DNA of 64,000 nt from Escherichia coli (GCF_003334785.1 NZ_QOWV01000002.1); one strand, 5' to 3'; counted from the stretch's first letter, positions 47,385 to 60,347 are shown. Numbers and translations: made by a program. Notes: generated by a model from the sequence alone, not told the origin.

Positions 47385-48231
47385 AGGGTTCCTGACGTAA
47401 ATAAATAGCCCGATAACACATACTCACCAGCACCGCACCGCCGATAATATTACCCAGCATCACCGGGAGCAGATTGGCGGTAATAAAATGGCTGACCGTC
47501 AGTGCCGGAAAATTGTCTGCGCTACTGTGCGCCAGCTGCCAGAAGGGGGGAGGGGCGAAATGGCGAATGGCAATGGCGAACGGAATCACAAACAAATTGG
47601 CGATACAGTGCTCAAAGCCACTGGCGACAAACAGGGTGATGGGCAAAACCATGGCGACGATTTTGTCGCATAACGAACGCCCGCAATAACTCATCCACAG
47701 CGCCAGGCAAACCATCAGATTGCACATAATGCCGAGGCTGACAGATTCAGTAAATGTATGATGCATTTTGCCCTCGGCGCAGTGTAAAACCGCGACTCCC
47801 CACATCGCGTTTTCACTCATCACCAGCCCGGAAAACCAGATTAACAAACTGAAACAGGCAATACCTGCCAGATTACCGCAGGCCACCAGAAGTGCGTTAA
47901 TCAGCCAAGTTCGCCAACTAATAACGCCCCGACTTTTTGCCATCACCGTCATTACCGACGAGGTGAACAGGCTGGTGCCGCAAACCGCCAGCAAAATAAA
48001 GCCGAGTGTAAAGCAAAGGCCGCCCACCAGATGGGTTAATGCCTGTGAAGACGGGGCATCGGCGATAACGGAAAGGTAAAAAGTAAATCCGATCGCCATA
48101 AACACGCCAGCGGACATCGCCATTAAAAAGACCGACACTTTACTGCGGGCAATTTTATGGGCGGCAATCCGTTCAGCGATTGCCGCTTTTCTGGCGCTCA
48201 ACTGCAAGTCGAAAGAGAGTTTGTTTCTCAT
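47383..48231 (-). CDS. focB: formate channel FocB (FNT family)
   Basis: 282-aa ORF; polytopic; sits immediately downstream of hyfR. Confidence 0.92.
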   Translation of the reverse strand: MRNKLSFDLQLSARKAAIAERIAAHKIARSKVSVFLMAMSAGVFMAIGFTFYLSVIADAPSSQALTHLVGGLCFTLGFILLAVCGTSLFTSSVMTVMAKSRGVISWRTWLINALLVACGNLAGIACFSLLIWFSGLVMSENAMWGVAVLHCAEGKMHHTFTESVSLGIMCNLMVCLALWMSYCGRSLCDKIVAMVLPITLFVASGFEHCIANLFVIPFAIAIRHFAPPPFWQLAHSSADNFPALTVSHFITANLLPVMLGNIIGGAVLVSMCYRAIYLRQEP

Positions 48232-48252
48232 GCATACTCCTGCAAAAGCAGA

Positions 48253-50265
48253 TTACAACACCTCGCGAACCGAGATCCCCAGCCGCTGCATTCGTGACAG
48301 CAGCGTGGTGCGCTTCATCCCTAATCGCGTCGCTGCGCCACGGGGCCCGGCAACAATGCCATTGGTTTCTCGCAATACCTGAACAATGCGCTGACGTTCT
48401 TCTTCGTCATTCTCTGGCGTCGTCGGGTGCAGTAACTGCGCCATTGAACTGCGAAGCGCTGAATCTTCATTTAGCGTCGGCAGTAAACGGCTTTGTCGGA
48501 CATTTAGATGTAAATTCAGACTGTTACCACGAGTCAACAGTACCGCCCGCTCAATCACGTTTTCCAGCTCGCGCACGTTGCCCGGCCAATCCCACGACAT
48601 CAACTGGCGTAGTGCCTCGGTCGGGATGGCGTCAATTGCGCGATTCATATGGCGCGCCATTTTTTGCGTGAAATGTTTTGCTAAAAGAGGGATATCTTCC
48701 GGACGGTCGCGTAGCGGCGGCAATTCCAGTGGGAAGACATTCAGGCGATAAAAGAGATCGCTGCGAAACTGGCGATCTTCAACCATTTGCCACAAATCAC
48801 GGTTGGTGGCGGCAATGACTCTGACATTCACCGGGATCGTTCTACTCCCGCCGAGACGCTCAATCTCCCGCTCCTGCAATACGCGCAGCAGTTTAGGCTG
48901 AAGTTCTAACGGCAGATCGCCAATTTCATCGAGAAACAACGTGCCGCCATCGGCAATTTCAAAACGACCACGATGGGTATTAATCGCACCAGTAAACGCC
49001 CCTTTGTCATGACCGAATAACTCACTTTCCAGAAGACTGGCGGGGATGGCAGCGCAGTTGATTTTGACCAGCGGCTTGTCGCGTCGCGGGCTAAGTTGAT
49101 GGATCGCTCTGGCGATCACCTCTTTGCCAGTTCCGGTTTCACCACAAATCAACACCGTACTGTCGCTCTTCGCCACAATATCTACCTGCTGGAGCAGGTC
49201 TTCCATTGCCTGGCTTTGATAGATAATGTCACCGATGCCCAGATTCGAAAGGAGCTGCTCGCTAAGCTGGTGGTTTTCTTGCTGCAAACTTTCCTGCAAA
49301 TCGGTCATGCTACGCCAGGCATCGGCATTGCCAACGGCAATAGCGATGCGATCGGCTATGTGTTGTAGTAGCTGGCAGTTTTCCTCACTAAAGAGAGTGG
49401 AAGAGGTATGCGCCAGCAACAATGCACCCGGTGTATGGTTGCCAAAGGTAAGCGGTATAAGGAGCGCAGATTCGCAGCCGTTAGATGCAAGTAAGAGTAA
49501 TAACGGGTCGCGTTGCCAGAGAAACAGATCATCTGCACGGTGCGTCAAGGTCGGTTGTCGGGTTTGTAGCGTTTGTGTCAGCAATACACTTTCGCCAGGC
49601 ATACAGCGTGGCAGACACGCACAATGTGAGGCAGAAAGATCGCTGCACCACAGGCTGAACTTCTCGTTCTTTCGATGATCGCCCAGTACCATACTGACTG
49701 AAGCCAGACCGAAAAAATGATGGATCTCACGAGCGACGTCAGCGATCAGATCGTCGAGATCAAGATGTGACAGCACTGCATTAGTAATATCAACCAGTAC
49801 CCGATGATGATCGCGATCTTTCTCCAGCAAACGCAGCGCCACCTGCTGTTCTTCATCATTGAGCCATGATTGCAGAACCGGGGTGATTATCCGCGCCAGC
49901 CAGTTAAACAGTGTGCAATCCTGGGAAGTAAAACGACTGCCGTGGGTGCGAATAAAGCGTAGCTCCGCCATTCCACTACTGCCGAGAAGGACGGCGTGAC
50001 GCGAATAATCGACCATCTCGCCCTGATACTCTGTTGTTGCCGTCACATCGCTGCCATCATCATGGTAGCGGTAATAGAAGTTGCTTTTGAGAACATGCAG
50101 TTCAATAAGTTGTACCGGGCTGAACGGCGGCGGCAGCGGGATGAAGGCGCGTAATAAAGACGCCTTGCCGTGTTTCTGTGCTAACCGCTCCGCGAGCATT
50201 CCGTTTACCGCTTCAATTGTTATTCCTTGTGGCGGGGCAAACATCGCCTCGTCTGACATAGCCAT
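48253..50265 (-). CDS. hyfR: sigma54-dependent transcriptional activator HyfR (FhlA paralogue)
   Basis: ORF of 670/671 aa (two adjacent Met codons); AAA+ sigma54-interaction domain with GETGTGKE and GAFTGA motifs; C-terminal HTH. Confidence 0.93.
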   Translation of the reverse strand: MAMSDEAMFAPPQGITIEAVNGMLAERLAQKHGKASLLRAFIPLPPPFSPVQLIELHVLKSNFYYRYHDDGSDVTATTEYQGEMVDYSRHAVLLGSSGMAELRFIRTHGSRFTSQDCTLFNWLARIITPVLQSWLNDEEQQVALRLLEKDRDHHRVLVDITNAVLSHLDLDDLIADVAREIHHFFGLASVSMVLGDHRKNEKFSLWCSDLSASHCACLPRCMPGESVLLTQTLQTRQPTLTHRADDLFLWQRDPLLLLLASNGCESALLIPLTFGNHTPGALLLAHTSSTLFSEENCQLLQHIADRIAIAVGNADAWRSMTDLQESLQQENHQLSEQLLSNLGIGDIIYQSQAMEDLLQQVDIVAKSDSTVLICGETGTGKEVIARAIHQLSPRRDKPLVKINCAAIPASLLESELFGHDKGAFTGAINTHRGRFEIADGGTLFLDEIGDLPLELQPKLLRVLQEREIERLGGSRTIPVNVRVIAATNRDLWQMVEDRQFRSDLFYRLNVFPLELPPLRDRPEDIPLLAKHFTQKMARHMNRAIDAIPTEALRQLMSWDWPGNVRELENVIERAVLLTRGNSLNLHLNVRQSRLLPTLNEDSALRSSMAQLLHPTTPENDEEERQRIVQVLRETNGIVAGPRGAATRLGMKRTTLLSRMQRLGISVREVL

Positions 50266-50294
50266 CAACAGTCCTTATTAATGAGAAATCCTTC

Positions 50295-50708
50295 TCACGC
50301 AATTTTTCTGGCCATCAGATAGATGGCCGGTTCCTGCACAATTTCATCCAACAGATGAATGAATTGAATGCTACGCGCCTGCCACACAGACGTCGCGTCA
50401 TCCGCCAGTGGCGCGAATGCCCGGGTCAACAGGGCGGTGTGGCTGGCGTCAATAACAATCTCACCAAAAGTCATCACCCCCAGCATCTTACGTCGGGCTT
50501 GCTCCTCTTCGACCAGTGCAAGCCAATCTTCGTATTCCGTCAGTGGGCAGCGGAAGGCGACATTCAGACAATCAATCACGCCAACGTGATGGCCGATAGC
50601 TAGCGAGTAATACATTACCTGAGAGCTGTGTTCCGGCATCTCGTCGCTACTGGCGACAAACTTTTTTCGCAGCGTCCAGAAAACAATTTCCCCGCACTCT
50701 TCAGTCAT
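50295..50708 (-). CDS. hyfJ: hydrogenase-4 component HyfJ (HycH-like maturation factor)
   Basis: Track ORF 50295-50771 trimmed to [11 protein letters not shown]..., 137 aa; preceded by GGGGG. Confidence 0.88.
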
Positions 50709-51459
50709 GTAACCCCCGGAGTACGCGAAAGAGTTGCTGAACGATACTATTGAGACGTGGATCGTCGGCATCGCGCAACCAGGTGTTAACCCGATTTCCT
50801 GTAGGATCGTCGCTTAAATGGCGCAGGAGCCGATCGCAAATTTCTCGCCCCTGACGATAGCCCGCCAGCCGCCGCGCTTCTCGCTCAATGGCGATACGCT
50901 GTGATGGCGGGATCTGCGGCCACAACGGTTGCATAGTCACCCCGGTGGGATCGCGATAATCCACAGCGTGAATCTTCTGTTGCAGCAAACCGAGCGCCAC
51001 GGCGAAACCGTGAATGGTGGCGGCCGGTGTTGGCGGGCAGCCGGGGATCCAAACATCAATGGGGACAATGGTGTCGCTACCGCCCCAGACGCTGTAGAGA
51101 TCGTGGAAAATACCGCCGCCGACACCGCACGCGCCGTAGGAAACACAAATTTTATGATCGGGGGCAGACTCATACGCCCGAAGTGCAGGCATACGCATCG
51201 CCCGGGTGACTGCGCCAGTAAATAACAAAATATCGGCGTGACGCGGTGATGAAACAACCTTAATGCCAAAACGTTCTGCGTCGAATACTGGTGTAATGGC
51301 AGCAAAAATTTCGATTTCACAGGCGTTGCAGCCGCCGCAATCGACGCGATAAACGTAAGCCGAGCGACGGATATCCTGTAGCAAATGCCGCTTCATCTTT
51401 TGCGTTTGCTCGTCCAGCGTGATGGGCTGGCTGACATGTTGTGTAAGCACTGGACTCAT
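50701..51459 (-). CDS. hyfI: hydrogenase-4 small subunit HyfI (NuoB-like)
   Basis: 252-aa ORF; Cys motifs CGGCN and GCPP. Confidence 0.93.
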
Positions 51460-52001
51460 AGCTGCTCCTTAGCCACCAGCAGTACATCTGTATCGTCGTT
51501 GATCAGCGTCGCGCGTTGTTTGCATTCCGGGCAGACGCTCGCTTGCGCCCACAACATTTCGCGGTTTTGTGGCGCATTTTGTTGCTGTGCTAACAATTCA
51601 GCAGCCAGTGCGATGGTTTTTTGCGGGGCAAACGGGCGTTCGCAACGGCTGCAACGTTGTAGATGGAACGTCGCGCGGGTATAGAGATCGGCTTTATTGG
51701 TGACGGTCAGTTCAAAGTTATTGGTAAGCTGGATGGCTCTGGTCGGGCACACTTCTTCACAACGTCCGCAGTAAATACAACGCCCCAGATAGAGCTGCCA
51801 GGTGCGCGAATTTTGCTGGTCGTCGGTCTGGATAGTCAGCGCATTTGCCGGACAAGCACAGGCGCAGGCACCGCAGGCAATACATTGGCTGGGCATCAGG
51901 TCCGGTTTTCCGCGAAAGCCAGGGCTGACCTCCAGTGGCGCGAAGGGATATTTCACCGTCGCGGTTCCGGCGCGCATAATAGTTTTCAGTAACTTCAGCA
52001 T
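51456..52001 (-). CDS. hyfH: hydrogenase-4 ferredoxin-like subunit HyfH (2x[4Fe-4S])
   Basis: 181-aa ORF; [12 protein letters not shown] and [12 protein letters not shown] motifs. Confidence 0.93.
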
Positions 52002-52010
52002 CTTCTGTCC

Positions 52011-53678
52011 TTACTTCAGCGGCGAACGGTTACGATCAATGCCGTAGCGTTCGATCTCTTTATACGGCACGGTTTTTGACTGGCGCTTGCGCACATCTAC
52101 CAGCGTCACACGGTCGGTACAGGAGTAGCAGGGATCAAGGCTACCGATAATCAGCGGTGCGTCAGAAACGGTATTGCCGCGCAGCATGTAACGCAACACC
52201 GGCCAGTTGGCGTAGGTGGCGGCACGGCAGCGCCAGCGGAACAATTTTTGGTTATCACCGAGCATGCTCCAGTGCACGTCTTCACCGCGTGGCGCTTCAA
52301 CAAAGCCCAGCGCGAATGCGTGAGGTTTATAGCTAAAGCCTTCGGTCAGCAGTGGGGTATCCGGCATGTTGTCGAGGGCAAATTCCAGCATTGCCAGCGA
52401 ATCAAACGTCTCTTTGACACGGACCATCACGCGGGAGAAAACATCGCCGCCGGTAAAGGTAAACAGTGTTTTTGGAATATTGCCGTAGTCGGCGTAGGGG
52501 TGATCAAAGCGCAAATCACGGGCGATTTGTCGGTCGAGAATGCCAATGCCCTGAGTGCGTTGTTCCATATTCGGCGTAGCAAGCAGCATCTCTACCAGCT
52601 CCGACACGTCGGCGCGCATCTCGCGCACCAGTTTCAGCGTTTGCAGACGTTGCTCTTTGAGAATATCGCGGCGAACACCACCAATCAGATTCAGACCGTA
52701 GGTTTTACGCGACCCGATCAGCAATTCCGCCATCGTCATCGACTTTTCCCGCACGCGGAAAAATTGCATAAAGCCGGTATCAAAACCAACGAAATGGCAG
52801 GAGAGGCCAAGGTTAAGCAAATGACTGTGTAGCCGTTCGACTTCCAGCAGAATCGAGCGAATAGTATGTGCTCGTTGCGGCACCTCAATCCCCAGTGCAT
52901 TTTCAACCGAATTGGTATAGGCCACACTGTGGGCAAAACCGCAAATCCCACACACGCGGTCCGATAAGAAGGTCACTTCGTTGTAGCCCATCCGCGTTTC
53001 TGCCAGTTTCTCCATGCCGCGATGGACATAAAACAGGCGGTAATCAGCATCGACAATTTGCTCGCCATCCACAAACAAGCGGAAGTGACCCGGTTCATCG
53101 GAGGTGATATGCAGCGGGCCGACAGGGATCACCCGCGCATCGCTGTTGCCCTCATTGATAAACGGATACGTTTCGGAATCAGTCGTCGGTTCAGGGCGCA
53201 GTCGATAATCCATCGCATCTTTGCGCAGCGGATGCATATCTTCCGGCCAGTCATCGGGCAACACCAGGCGACGCTGATCCGGCAGGCCAACCGGAATCAG
53301 CCCGTACATATCGCGAATTTCTCGCTCGCCCCAGACCGCGGCAGGGACGCGCGGTGTGACTGACGGAAACTCCCGACTGTCGGCATCGACCAGCGCCTTC
53401 ACCACAATCCAGCATTTTTCGGCCCCTTCCATTGAAAGGGCATAATAAACCGCGTAATGACCGTTAAGTGTCCGCTCGTCGTTGCCAAACAGGACCGGAA
53501 GCCAGCCATCATGTTGATAATAAAGATACTGTACAACGTCAGGCAGCAGATTGATTTTCACCGTAATGGTGACCTGTTCAGGCGTTTGTCGCTCTTCATC
53601 CAGCACCGCGCCGGGGAACTGCGTTTTCAGGGCGGCGAGAATCGCTTCGCCACGATTTGACGATGAATTAACGTTCAC
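52011..53678 (-). CDS. hyfG: hydrogenase-4 [NiFe] large subunit HyfG
   Basis: Track ORF 52011-53723 trimmed to the GTG giving [12 protein letters not shown]..., 555 aa; N-terminal RVCGIC and C-terminal DPCYSC Ni-Fe ligand motifs. Confidence 0.92.
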   Translation of the reverse strand: MNVNSSSNRGEAILAALKTQFPGAVLDEERQTPEQVTITVKINLLPDVVQYLYYQHDGWLPVLFGNDERTLNGHYAVYYALSMEGAEKCWIVVKALVDADSREFPSVTPRVPAAVWGEREIRDMYGLIPVGLPDQRRLVLPDDWPEDMHPLRKDAMDYRLRPEPTTDSETYPFINEGNSDARVIPVGPLHITSDEPGHFRLFVDGEQIVDADYRLFYVHRGMEKLAETRMGYNEVTFLSDRVCGICGFAHSVAYTNSVENALGIEVPQRAHTIRSILLEVERLHSHLLNLGLSCHFVGFDTGFMQFFRVREKSMTMAELLIGSRKTYGLNLIGGVRRDILKEQRLQTLKLVREMRADVSELVEMLLATPNMEQRTQGIGILDRQIARDLRFDHPYADYGNIPKTLFTFTGGDVFSRVMVRVKETFDSLAMLEFALDNMPDTPLLTEGFSYKPHAFALGFVEAPRGEDVHWSMLGDNQKLFRWRCRAATYANWPVLRYMLRGNTVSDAPLIIGSLDPCYSCTDRVTLVDVRKRQSKTVPYKEIERYGIDRNRSPLK

Positions 53679-55248
53679 TGTGTTTCTCCGAAACAGATGC
53701 GGTGCCTGAAGGCAAAAAATCATGCCAGGTGCTACGTTGTGCAGGCAGATCGTGCGTCCCTGAGAGGACTATAGTGGAAGCGCCCGCCAGGATCCTGATG
53801 ACAGGTTGTGGAATATGCGTTCCCATCGCCAGCATCATGACCAGCAGAATCACCATTGGCGAGGTGGTCAACCAGCCGAGATCACCCCGGTTAACGGCCT
53901 GCGGCGGTTTCGCCATTAACACCCGCGCAGCCATCCGTACCAGGCCCGCCAGCACCAGCGTTAACAGCAATAACAGCAGGACGATAATCAGCAGGTGATT
54001 ACGTGCCAGTCCGGCGGTAATGGTCATAAATTCGCTAAGAAAAATGTTGAAGGGCGGCATCCCTGCCAGCGCCAGCGCACCGCCGCCAAACAGCACGGCG
54101 GTAAATGGCATGATTTTGAGCATCCCACAGACGACGTTGAGATCGCGCGTGCCGTACTTGAGCAGTACATTGCCGGAACCGCAGAACAGCAGCGTTTTTG
54201 CCAGACTGTGGTTTAAGATGTGCAGCAGCGCGGCAAAAATTCCCAGCGGCCCGCCAATGCCTAGCTCCACCGCGACCAGCCCCATGTTCTCCACGCTGGA
54301 GTACGCCAGCAGACGCTTAATGTCCCGCTGTACCAGAATGAAAAATGCCGCCACGGCAACCGACAACATGCCGAAGATGAGCAACAACCGGTTGGGGAAA
54401 TCGCTGCCGATGGCTTGGCAAATAATGATGTAATAGCGAATCAGCACCAACAGCGCGCAGTTCAGCAATACGGCGGAGAGCAGGGCGCTGACCGGACTCG
54501 GCGCTTCACTGTGAGCATCCGGCAGCCAGGCGTGCATGGGAAATAGCCCGGTTTTGGTACCAAAGCCAATTAGCAAAAACACAAAGGCCAACAGCATTAA
54601 TGTTGGGTCAAGCAAGGACGATTGCTTAAGAACCTCGCTCCAGAATATCGCCATTTCTGCCTGCGGCATAACGCTGGCGGCGTTGGCGTATACCAGCACG
54701 GTACCGAACAGACCAAAAGCGACACCAACAGTACAAATAATGATGTACTTCCATGCAGCTTCCAGCGATGAACGCTGACCGTAAATGCCTACCAGAAACG
54801 CCGAGCTTAAGGTGGTGGCTTCGATCGCCGCCCACATCACAATCAGGTTATTGCTGGTAACAACCAGCAGCATGGTGAACAAAAACAGATGGAAGAAACC
54901 GTAGTAATCGCACAGCGTAACGGGTGAAAGCTCGCCGTGTGCCACTTCATGACGCATGTAGCCAATCGAGTAAATACCGGTGAGAAAGCCAATCACACCA
55001 AGAATGGCGAGGAACAAACCGCCCAGACCATCAATATGAAGCCACAGTCCCGCAGCGAATATTTCTCCTGCATCAGCGGCAGTTTGGACCACCCAGAGTG
55101 CCAGAATCAGCAGCAGTATGATCCCTAAGCTATGTAATACGGTCACCGTGCGAGTCGCAGAAAGTCTCCGTTTCCGGCAGGCAAAACAGAGCAGCGAAAA
55201 AAGCAGCGGCGTGAGCAGGAGTAAAGCGAACATCACAGAATAACTCAT
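53668..55248 (-). CDS. hyfF: hydrogenase-4 membrane subunit HyfF (NuoN/MrpD-like antiporter module)
   Basis: 526-aa polytopic ORF. Confidence 0.92.
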   Translation of the reverse strand: MSYSVMFALLLLTPLLFSLLCFACRKRRLSATRTVTVLHSLGIILLLILALWVVQTAADAGEIFAAGLWLHIDGLGGLFLAILGVIGFLTGIYSIGYMRHEVAHGELSPVTLCDYYGFFHLFLFTMLLVVTSNNLIVMWAAIEATTLSSAFLVGIYGQRSSLEAAWKYIIICTVGVAFGLFGTVLVYANAASVMPQAEMAIFWSEVLKQSSLLDPTLMLLAFVFLLIGFGTKTGLFPMHAWLPDAHSEAPSPVSALLSAVLLNCALLVLIRYYIIICQAIGSDFPNRLLLIFGMLSVAVAAFFILVQRDIKRLLAYSSVENMGLVAVELGIGGPLGIFAALLHILNHSLAKTLLFCGSGNVLLKYGTRDLNVVCGMLKIMPFTAVLFGGGALALAGMPPFNIFLSEFMTITAGLARNHLLIIVLLLLLLTLVLAGLVRMAARVLMAKPPQAVNRGDLGWLTTSPMVILLVMMLAMGTHIPQPVIRILAGASTIVLSGTHDLPAQRSTWHDFLPSGTASVSEKHSER

Positions 55249-55252
55249 CTCA

Positions 55253-55903
55253 TTATCCCTTCAGCGCGGTCAAGTTGTTCACGTCCAGCGTGCCGTGGGT
55301 ACGCCATATTTTTCTTGCCAGTAACACCATCACAATGACGGCGAAGATGGCGTCGGTAGCGATACCTATTTCCACCAGTTCCGGTGCTCGCCAGGCAAGA
55401 AGCGCCAGCACCAGATGGGAGCCGTTTTCCATCAGGCAGTAACCAAAAATTTGCCGCAGGATATTGCGCTGGCTGACAATGCACAGCAGGCCAAGCAGAA
55501 AATGACCTAACGCTACCGCCAGCGCCGGTTTCAGCCCGGTAGCCATCGGTAGCTTCACGGGCTGAACGACAAATGCGCAAAGCAGGACAATTAACGCCGC
55601 GAGCAGTGCCATCATTGCCGGACCGAATAACGCTTTTTCCGGGATGTTCTGGGGAATATTTCGTGCAGCGTAAGTCATGATTAACGGTACCAGCAGCACT
55701 TTGGTGATAAAGGCGCTGGCGGACCAGATCAGCAGTTGCTCTGCGGCGAACAGGCACGAGAGAGTGGCGAAAATAGACACCAGCACCAGTGACTGGCAGG
55801 CGTAAAATCCGCATGACAGGCGATAGCTTTTGACGCTAATCACAAACAGCGATGTCAGCATCATCAGTCCCGCCAGATTATTTACGATCATAGAACCGGT
55901 CAT
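55253..55903 (-). CDS. hyfE: hydrogenase-4 membrane subunit HyfE
   Basis: 216-aa polytopic ORF. Confidence 0.9.
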   Translation of the reverse strand: MTGSMIVNNLAGLMMLTSLFVISVKSYRLSCGFYACQSLVLVSIFATLSCLFAAEQLLIWSASAFITKVLLVPLIMTYAARNIPQNIPEKALFGPAMMALLAALIVLLCAFVVQPVKLPMATGLKPALAVALGHFLLGLLCIVSQRNILRQIFGYCLMENGSHLVLALLAWRAPELVEIGIATDAIFAVIVMVLLARKIWRTHGTLDVNNLTALKG

Positions 55904-55914
55904 TCATCATCTCC

Positions 55915-57354
55915 TTACTGCAACCAGGTCGCGGCGATTACGCTGGAAATCAGCGACATCACAATCAGTACAATCAACACCAGGCGCATTGATCCTGGCA
56001 GCGGTGCGGCATCGGCGACGGCCTCGCTCGGTTTGCCAGGCACAACGCGACCAAACCAGCGAATAAACCAGGCGAAACTGGCGACCGATTCAATCATCAG
56101 AAGAATCATGGCGGGCAGCAGGATCCAGTACTCCACTGACAACGCAAAACCGGCAGCAAACAGCGGGAATTTACTGAAGAAGCCGTTGAACGGCGGCACG
56201 CCGGTAATCGCCAGCGCTGCCACGCAGAAACCCACGCCTGGCAACGGCAGGGTGTGCAATACGCCACGCAGACGCGGCAACAAGCGCGTGCCGCAGCTGT
56301 AACTCAGCGCACCTGCTACAAGGAAAAACAGGCTTTTAGCGAACGCGTGGTTGACGATGTAGGCGATGCTGCCCTCCAGCGCCAGCCGCGAGCCGAAGAT
56401 GGAGAGCGACAAGCCGAAGAACATCCAGCCAAGTTGAGTGATGGTCGACCAGGCTAGCAACCGCTTCATATCCTGCTGTGGCAAATACATCAGAAAGCCA
56501 TAAAGAATGGTGACCAGTGCCATGACCATGCCAACGCCGCCAATCACATGCGGGATATTGCCGCCGTCGATAATAGCGCGGGCAAAAATGTAAACGCCCA
56601 CTTTCACCATCGATGCGGCGTGGAGATAGGCGCTGATCGGTGTTGGCGCTTCCATTGCGTCCGGTAGCCACGCTTGCATCGGTAGCTGGGCCGATTTCCC
56701 CCACGCGGCAAACAGGATGCCGCCATAAACCAGATAACGTGCGTCGCCGTGTAACTCGCTCATCGCGCTAAGCGCAAACGTTCCGGTCTGCAAAAACAGC
56801 GTGGCGGCGGCAAGATACAACCCCAACGAGCCGATATGAGTGATAAGTAACGCTTTTAGTGCTGAACGCTGCGCTTTATCGCTCTGGTAATAACTGATCA
56901 ACGCCCAGGAGCAGCCGCCTGTAATTTCAAAAAACAACAACTGACCGAGCAGCGTCGAGGAGAGTACCAGTCCCGCCATCGCGCCGATAAACACCAGTAA
57001 AAATGCGTAATAACGATTCGTGCCGTTATGCGGGTGTTCGCGATTTTTATCCGTCAGATAACCCGTGGAGTAGATCGTGACCAGCAAACCGAGAAACACC
57101 ACCACAAACAGAATCAGCGTACTCACGCGATCAATGACCAGGCCAAACAACGCCACATCCCCCACGTTGACCAACGTCAACGTGACGGCAACTTTATCGG
57201 CCTGATAAAACGCGGAGATCAGTGACAACATGCACAGCGTGGTCAGCGCGGCGAACAAAACCCCCCATTCGGCGGCCCGACGTTGTGGCGAAAACGAAAC
57301 GACCAGTGCGCCGATAAAAGGCAGCAATAACGTCGTCAGAGCAAGATTTTCCAT
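55915..57354 (-). CDS. hyfD: hydrogenase-4 membrane subunit HyfD (NuoM-like)
   Basis: 479-aa polytopic ORF. Confidence 0.92.
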   Translation of the reverse strand: MENLALTTLLLPFIGALVVSFSPQRRAAEWGVLFAALTTLCMLSLISAFYQADKVAVTLTLVNVGDVALFGLVIDRVSTLILFVVVFLGLLVTIYSTGYLTDKNREHPHNGTNRYYAFLLVFIGAMAGLVLSSTLLGQLLFFEITGGCSWALISYYQSDKAQRSALKALLITHIGSLGLYLAAATLFLQTGTFALSAMSELHGDARYLVYGGILFAAWGKSAQLPMQAWLPDAMEAPTPISAYLHAASMVKVGVYIFARAIIDGGNIPHVIGGVGMVMALVTILYGFLMYLPQQDMKRLLAWSTITQLGWMFFGLSLSIFGSRLALEGSIAYIVNHAFAKSLFFLVAGALSYSCGTRLLPRLRGVLHTLPLPGVGFCVAALAITGVPPFNGFFSKFPLFAAGFALSVEYWILLPAMILLMIESVASFAWFIRWFGRVVPGKPSEAVADAAPLPGSMRLVLIVLIVMSLISSVIAATWLQ

Positions 57355-57370
57355 ATTCCGTCAGTGCTCC

Positions 57371-58318
57371 TTACAGACCGGTTAACCAGAAGACCCATGC
57401 AAGCGCAGCAAGGCTGAAGCCAAGCCAGGTCACATGGTGAATGAGTAAAAAACGCCCGCGTGCCAGCGTGTTTTCTGCGATTGAGGCCAGTACAAAAATC
57501 AGCAAAACCTTGAGCAGCGTAACGACAAGTGAAGTCAGCAGGCAGGCGAGAGAAAGTTCTTGCGCGCGCCCAAAGGGTAGAAACAGGGCCACAAACAGTG
57601 ATGCCATCACGACCTGTTTCAGCCCCAGCCCCCATTTCGCTAGCGCCAGCCCGGCACCGGAATATTCGGTCAGCGGGCCTTCCTGTAATTCCTGTTCTGC
57701 TTCAGCAACATCAAAGGGAATTTTTCCCATCTCAATGAAGCAGGCAAAACCACAGGCCAGTAACGCCAGTACGGTGGTTAGCGGCGAGTTCCAGCCCATC
57801 GCCAGCGTATTGCTGATCATCTCGATATGCGTGGAACCTGCTATCAGCGCCAATACCAGCAGTGAGAGAATAAGCATTGGTTCGACCAGAATGCCGAGCG
57901 TCAACTCGCGACTGGCACCGACTCCCGCAAACGGACTTCCGGTATCCAGCCCGGAAAGAGCAAAGAAAAAACGAAACAGGGCAAGAAGATAGATAAGGGT
58001 GATCAGATCGCCGCCGCCCGCAAAAGGGGAAACGGTAATAAACAGTGGTAAGGCCATCGCCAGCACCAGCATGCTGCTGATTAATACCCACGGCATCAGG
58101 CGGAACATCAGACCTGAAGATGTCGGCGCAACTTCCTGGCGTTTAAACAGTTTGTGGATATCGCGATAATCCTGCCAGATCCCCGGCCCGCGGCGGGAGT
58201 GCATACGCGCGCGTATCTGCCGGGAAATACCCGTAAAAAGTGGGGTTAGCATCAGCAGAATCACGGCCTGTGCTAACGCAAAAATGACCAGATATCCGTC
58301 GCAAAGAGTTTGTCTCAT
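57371..58318 (-). CDS. hyfC: hydrogenase-4 membrane subunit HyfC (NuoH/HycD-like)
   Basis: Track ORF 57371-58339 trimmed to MRQTLCDGYLVIFALAQ..., 315 aa. Confidence 0.9.
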   Translation of the reverse strand: MRQTLCDGYLVIFALAQAVILLMLTPLFTGISRQIRARMHSRRGPGIWQDYRDIHKLFKRQEVAPTSSGLMFRLMPWVLISSMLVLAMALPLFITVSPFAGGGDLITLIYLLALFRFFFALSGLDTGSPFAGVGASRELTLGILVEPMLILSLLVLALIAGSTHIEMISNTLAMGWNSPLTTVLALLACGFACFIEMGKIPFDVAEAEQELQEGPLTEYSGAGLALAKWGLGLKQVVMASLFVALFLPFGRAQELSLACLLTSLVVTLLKVLLIFVLASIAENTLARGRFLLIHHVTWLGFSLAALAWVFWLTGL

Positions 58319-58328
58319 GGTGATTTCC

Positions 58329-60347
58329 TTAGACGGCAATAGCGATTAGCAGCACAACCAGTGCGGCGACCACATACAGGCAATAGAGACGAAAGTCGCC
58401 GCTTTGCAGATGCTGTATTTCTTTGGCCAGCCGTTGGGTGGCGCTCACGATGGGGCGGATCACCCGCTCATCCCAGAAGGGTTCTGTGCTCTGAGCCCTG
58501 GCGGTGACGTGCGCAAGACCTTTATTTAGCCTCAGCGTAGGGTCGAGCTGTTGTCGTAGACGAAATAGCGCAGAAAAGACCACACGCAGCGGCTGCATCA
58601 CGCCATTGCCTGACGGGGCCATCGCATTTTCCCAGCCGTAGCCGCATGCCCAGGCATCTCCTGTGCGACGAAACGCTGCGCGGCGCGAACGACACCACAG
58701 CCAGTAAAGGCCAGGCAGCAAAGGCATCGCCAGTAGTAACAGCAACAGTAATGAGGGGGTGACCTGTGTATGAAACGTGCCGGGTACAAGTGCTATTCCG
58801 CTGGCGACAGTGGCGGGAGGGGTATTGGTAAACGCATGGGCAATATGCATTATCTTCGGTGCCAGCCAACTGGCACTAAGCGCAATTAATACGCAGAGTG
58901 CCGCGAGCAGTAGCATGGCGACGATCATCGTATTTGGCACTTCCTGTGCCTCTTCAGCGTGTGTACTGCGCGGCGCACCACAGAAAGTAATACCGTACAT
59001 TTTTACGAAGCACATTACTGCCAGCCCACCAGTGACTGCCAGCATTACCATAGCAATAGGACCCGCAAGTTGTAGCGCTACGGCTTCCACACGACTTAGT
59101 GAGAACAGCGACTGCCAGGTGTACCATTCGCTGATAAAACCATTCAGCGGAGGAATGGCTGATATCGCGAGGCAACCAATCAGGCATGCTGCGGCTGTCC
59201 ACGGCATCCGTTTCGCTAGTGCCCCCATTTTTTCCATGTCGTGGGTATGCAAACGCGAAATAATCGCTCCCGCGCCGAGAAATAGCAGCCCTTTGAACAG
59301 CGCATGGTTGAGCAGATGAAACAGTGCGCCGAGCAGTCCAACCACGGTGAGCAGCGGGTCGTGCAGTGACAGACCGACCATCGCCACACCGACTGCCAGC
59401 AAAATAATGCCGACGTTTTCGACGGTACTCCAGGCCAGCAGCCGTTTGATATCCTGTTCCGCCAGCGCATATAGCACGCCCAGGAGCGCGGAGATTGCGC
59501 CGATCGCCATCACCAGAATGCCCCACCACAGAGGCAAACCCGTTTGCGCCAGCAGATCCATCGCTACTTTCAGGATGCCGAAAATACCTATTTTGACCAT
59601 TACGCCAGACATCAACGCCGAAGCGTGCGATGGTGCGGCAGGGTGAGCGCGCGGCAACCAGCTGTGCAACGGCATCATCCCGGCTTTCGCGCCAAAACCG
59701 AAAAAGGCCAGCAGGAACACCGCCGACGCCAGCCCCGGAGAAAGTGAAAGCGTGCGGAAACTGGCAAAATCGAGGCTGCCGCTTTCGCGCCCCATCAGCA
59801 AGAAGGCGATCATTATCAGCACCGATCCGGCGTGGGCGATAAAAAAGTAGAGCATGCCAGCGTTGATCGACGTTTTATCCTGCCTGGCAATGACCAGAAA
59901 CCAGGAAGACAGCGACATCATTTCAAACAGCACGATGAACCAAAAAGCGTTGTCCATCACCAGCAGGGCAACCATCGATGCGATGAAAATATTCATAAAG
60001 AAGCCCATCGCCGCCGCGCCTTTGCCCTCGTATTCGCGCATATAAGTCAATGAATAGAGAGAACAAACCACCACCAGCAAGGAGATAACCAGCACCATAA
60101 ATGCCGAGAGGCTATCCATTCGCAGGGTTAAATCGGCAAATTCAAAAGGGGTGGCAAAACGGGCGACTAAAGTTACACCAGCATGTAATTGCGTAATTCC
60201 GCTGATGATGCCAATCACGCCGCCCACCAGCGATGTGATGCCGGAAAGCTTAATAGCCAGTCTGTCCAGACCGAGTAAAAACAGCGAAGCCAGACTAGCA
60301 AACAGATAGAGAATCAGCGACCAGGTTAATAATTGCAGGGCATCCAT
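58329..60347 (-). CDS. hyfB: hydrogenase-4 membrane subunit HyfB (NuoL-like)
   Basis: 672-aa polytopic ORF. Confidence 0.93.
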   Translation of the reverse strand: MDALQLLTWSLILYLFASLASLFLLGLDRLAIKLSGITSLVGGVIGIISGITQLHAGVTLVARFATPFEFADLTLRMDSLSAFMVLVISLLVVVCSLYSLTYMREYEGKGAAAMGFFMNIFIASMVALLVMDNAFWFIVLFEMMSLSSWFLVIARQDKTSINAGMLYFFIAHAGSVLIMIAFLLMGRESGSLDFASFRTLSLSPGLASAVFLLAFFGFGAKAGMMPLHSWLPRAHPAAPSHASALMSGVMVKIGIFGILKVAMDLLAQTGLPLWWGILVMAIGAISALLGVLYALAEQDIKRLLAWSTVENVGIILLAVGVAMVGLSLHDPLLTVVGLLGALFHLLNHALFKGLLFLGAGAIISRLHTHDMEKMGALAKRMPWTAAACLIGCLAISAIPPLNGFISEWYTWQSLFSLSRVEAVALQLAGPIAMVMLAVTGGLAVMCFVKMYGITFCGAPRSTHAEEAQEVPNTMIVAMLLLAALCVLIALSASWLAPKIMHIAHAFTNTPPATVASGIALVPGTFHTQVTPSLLLLLLLAMPLLPGLYWLWCRSRRAAFRRTGDAWACGYGWENAMAPSGNGVMQPLRVVFSALFRLRQQLDPTLRLNKGLAHVTARAQSTEPFWDERVIRPIVSATQRLAKEIQHLQSGDFRLYCLYVVAALVVLLIAIAV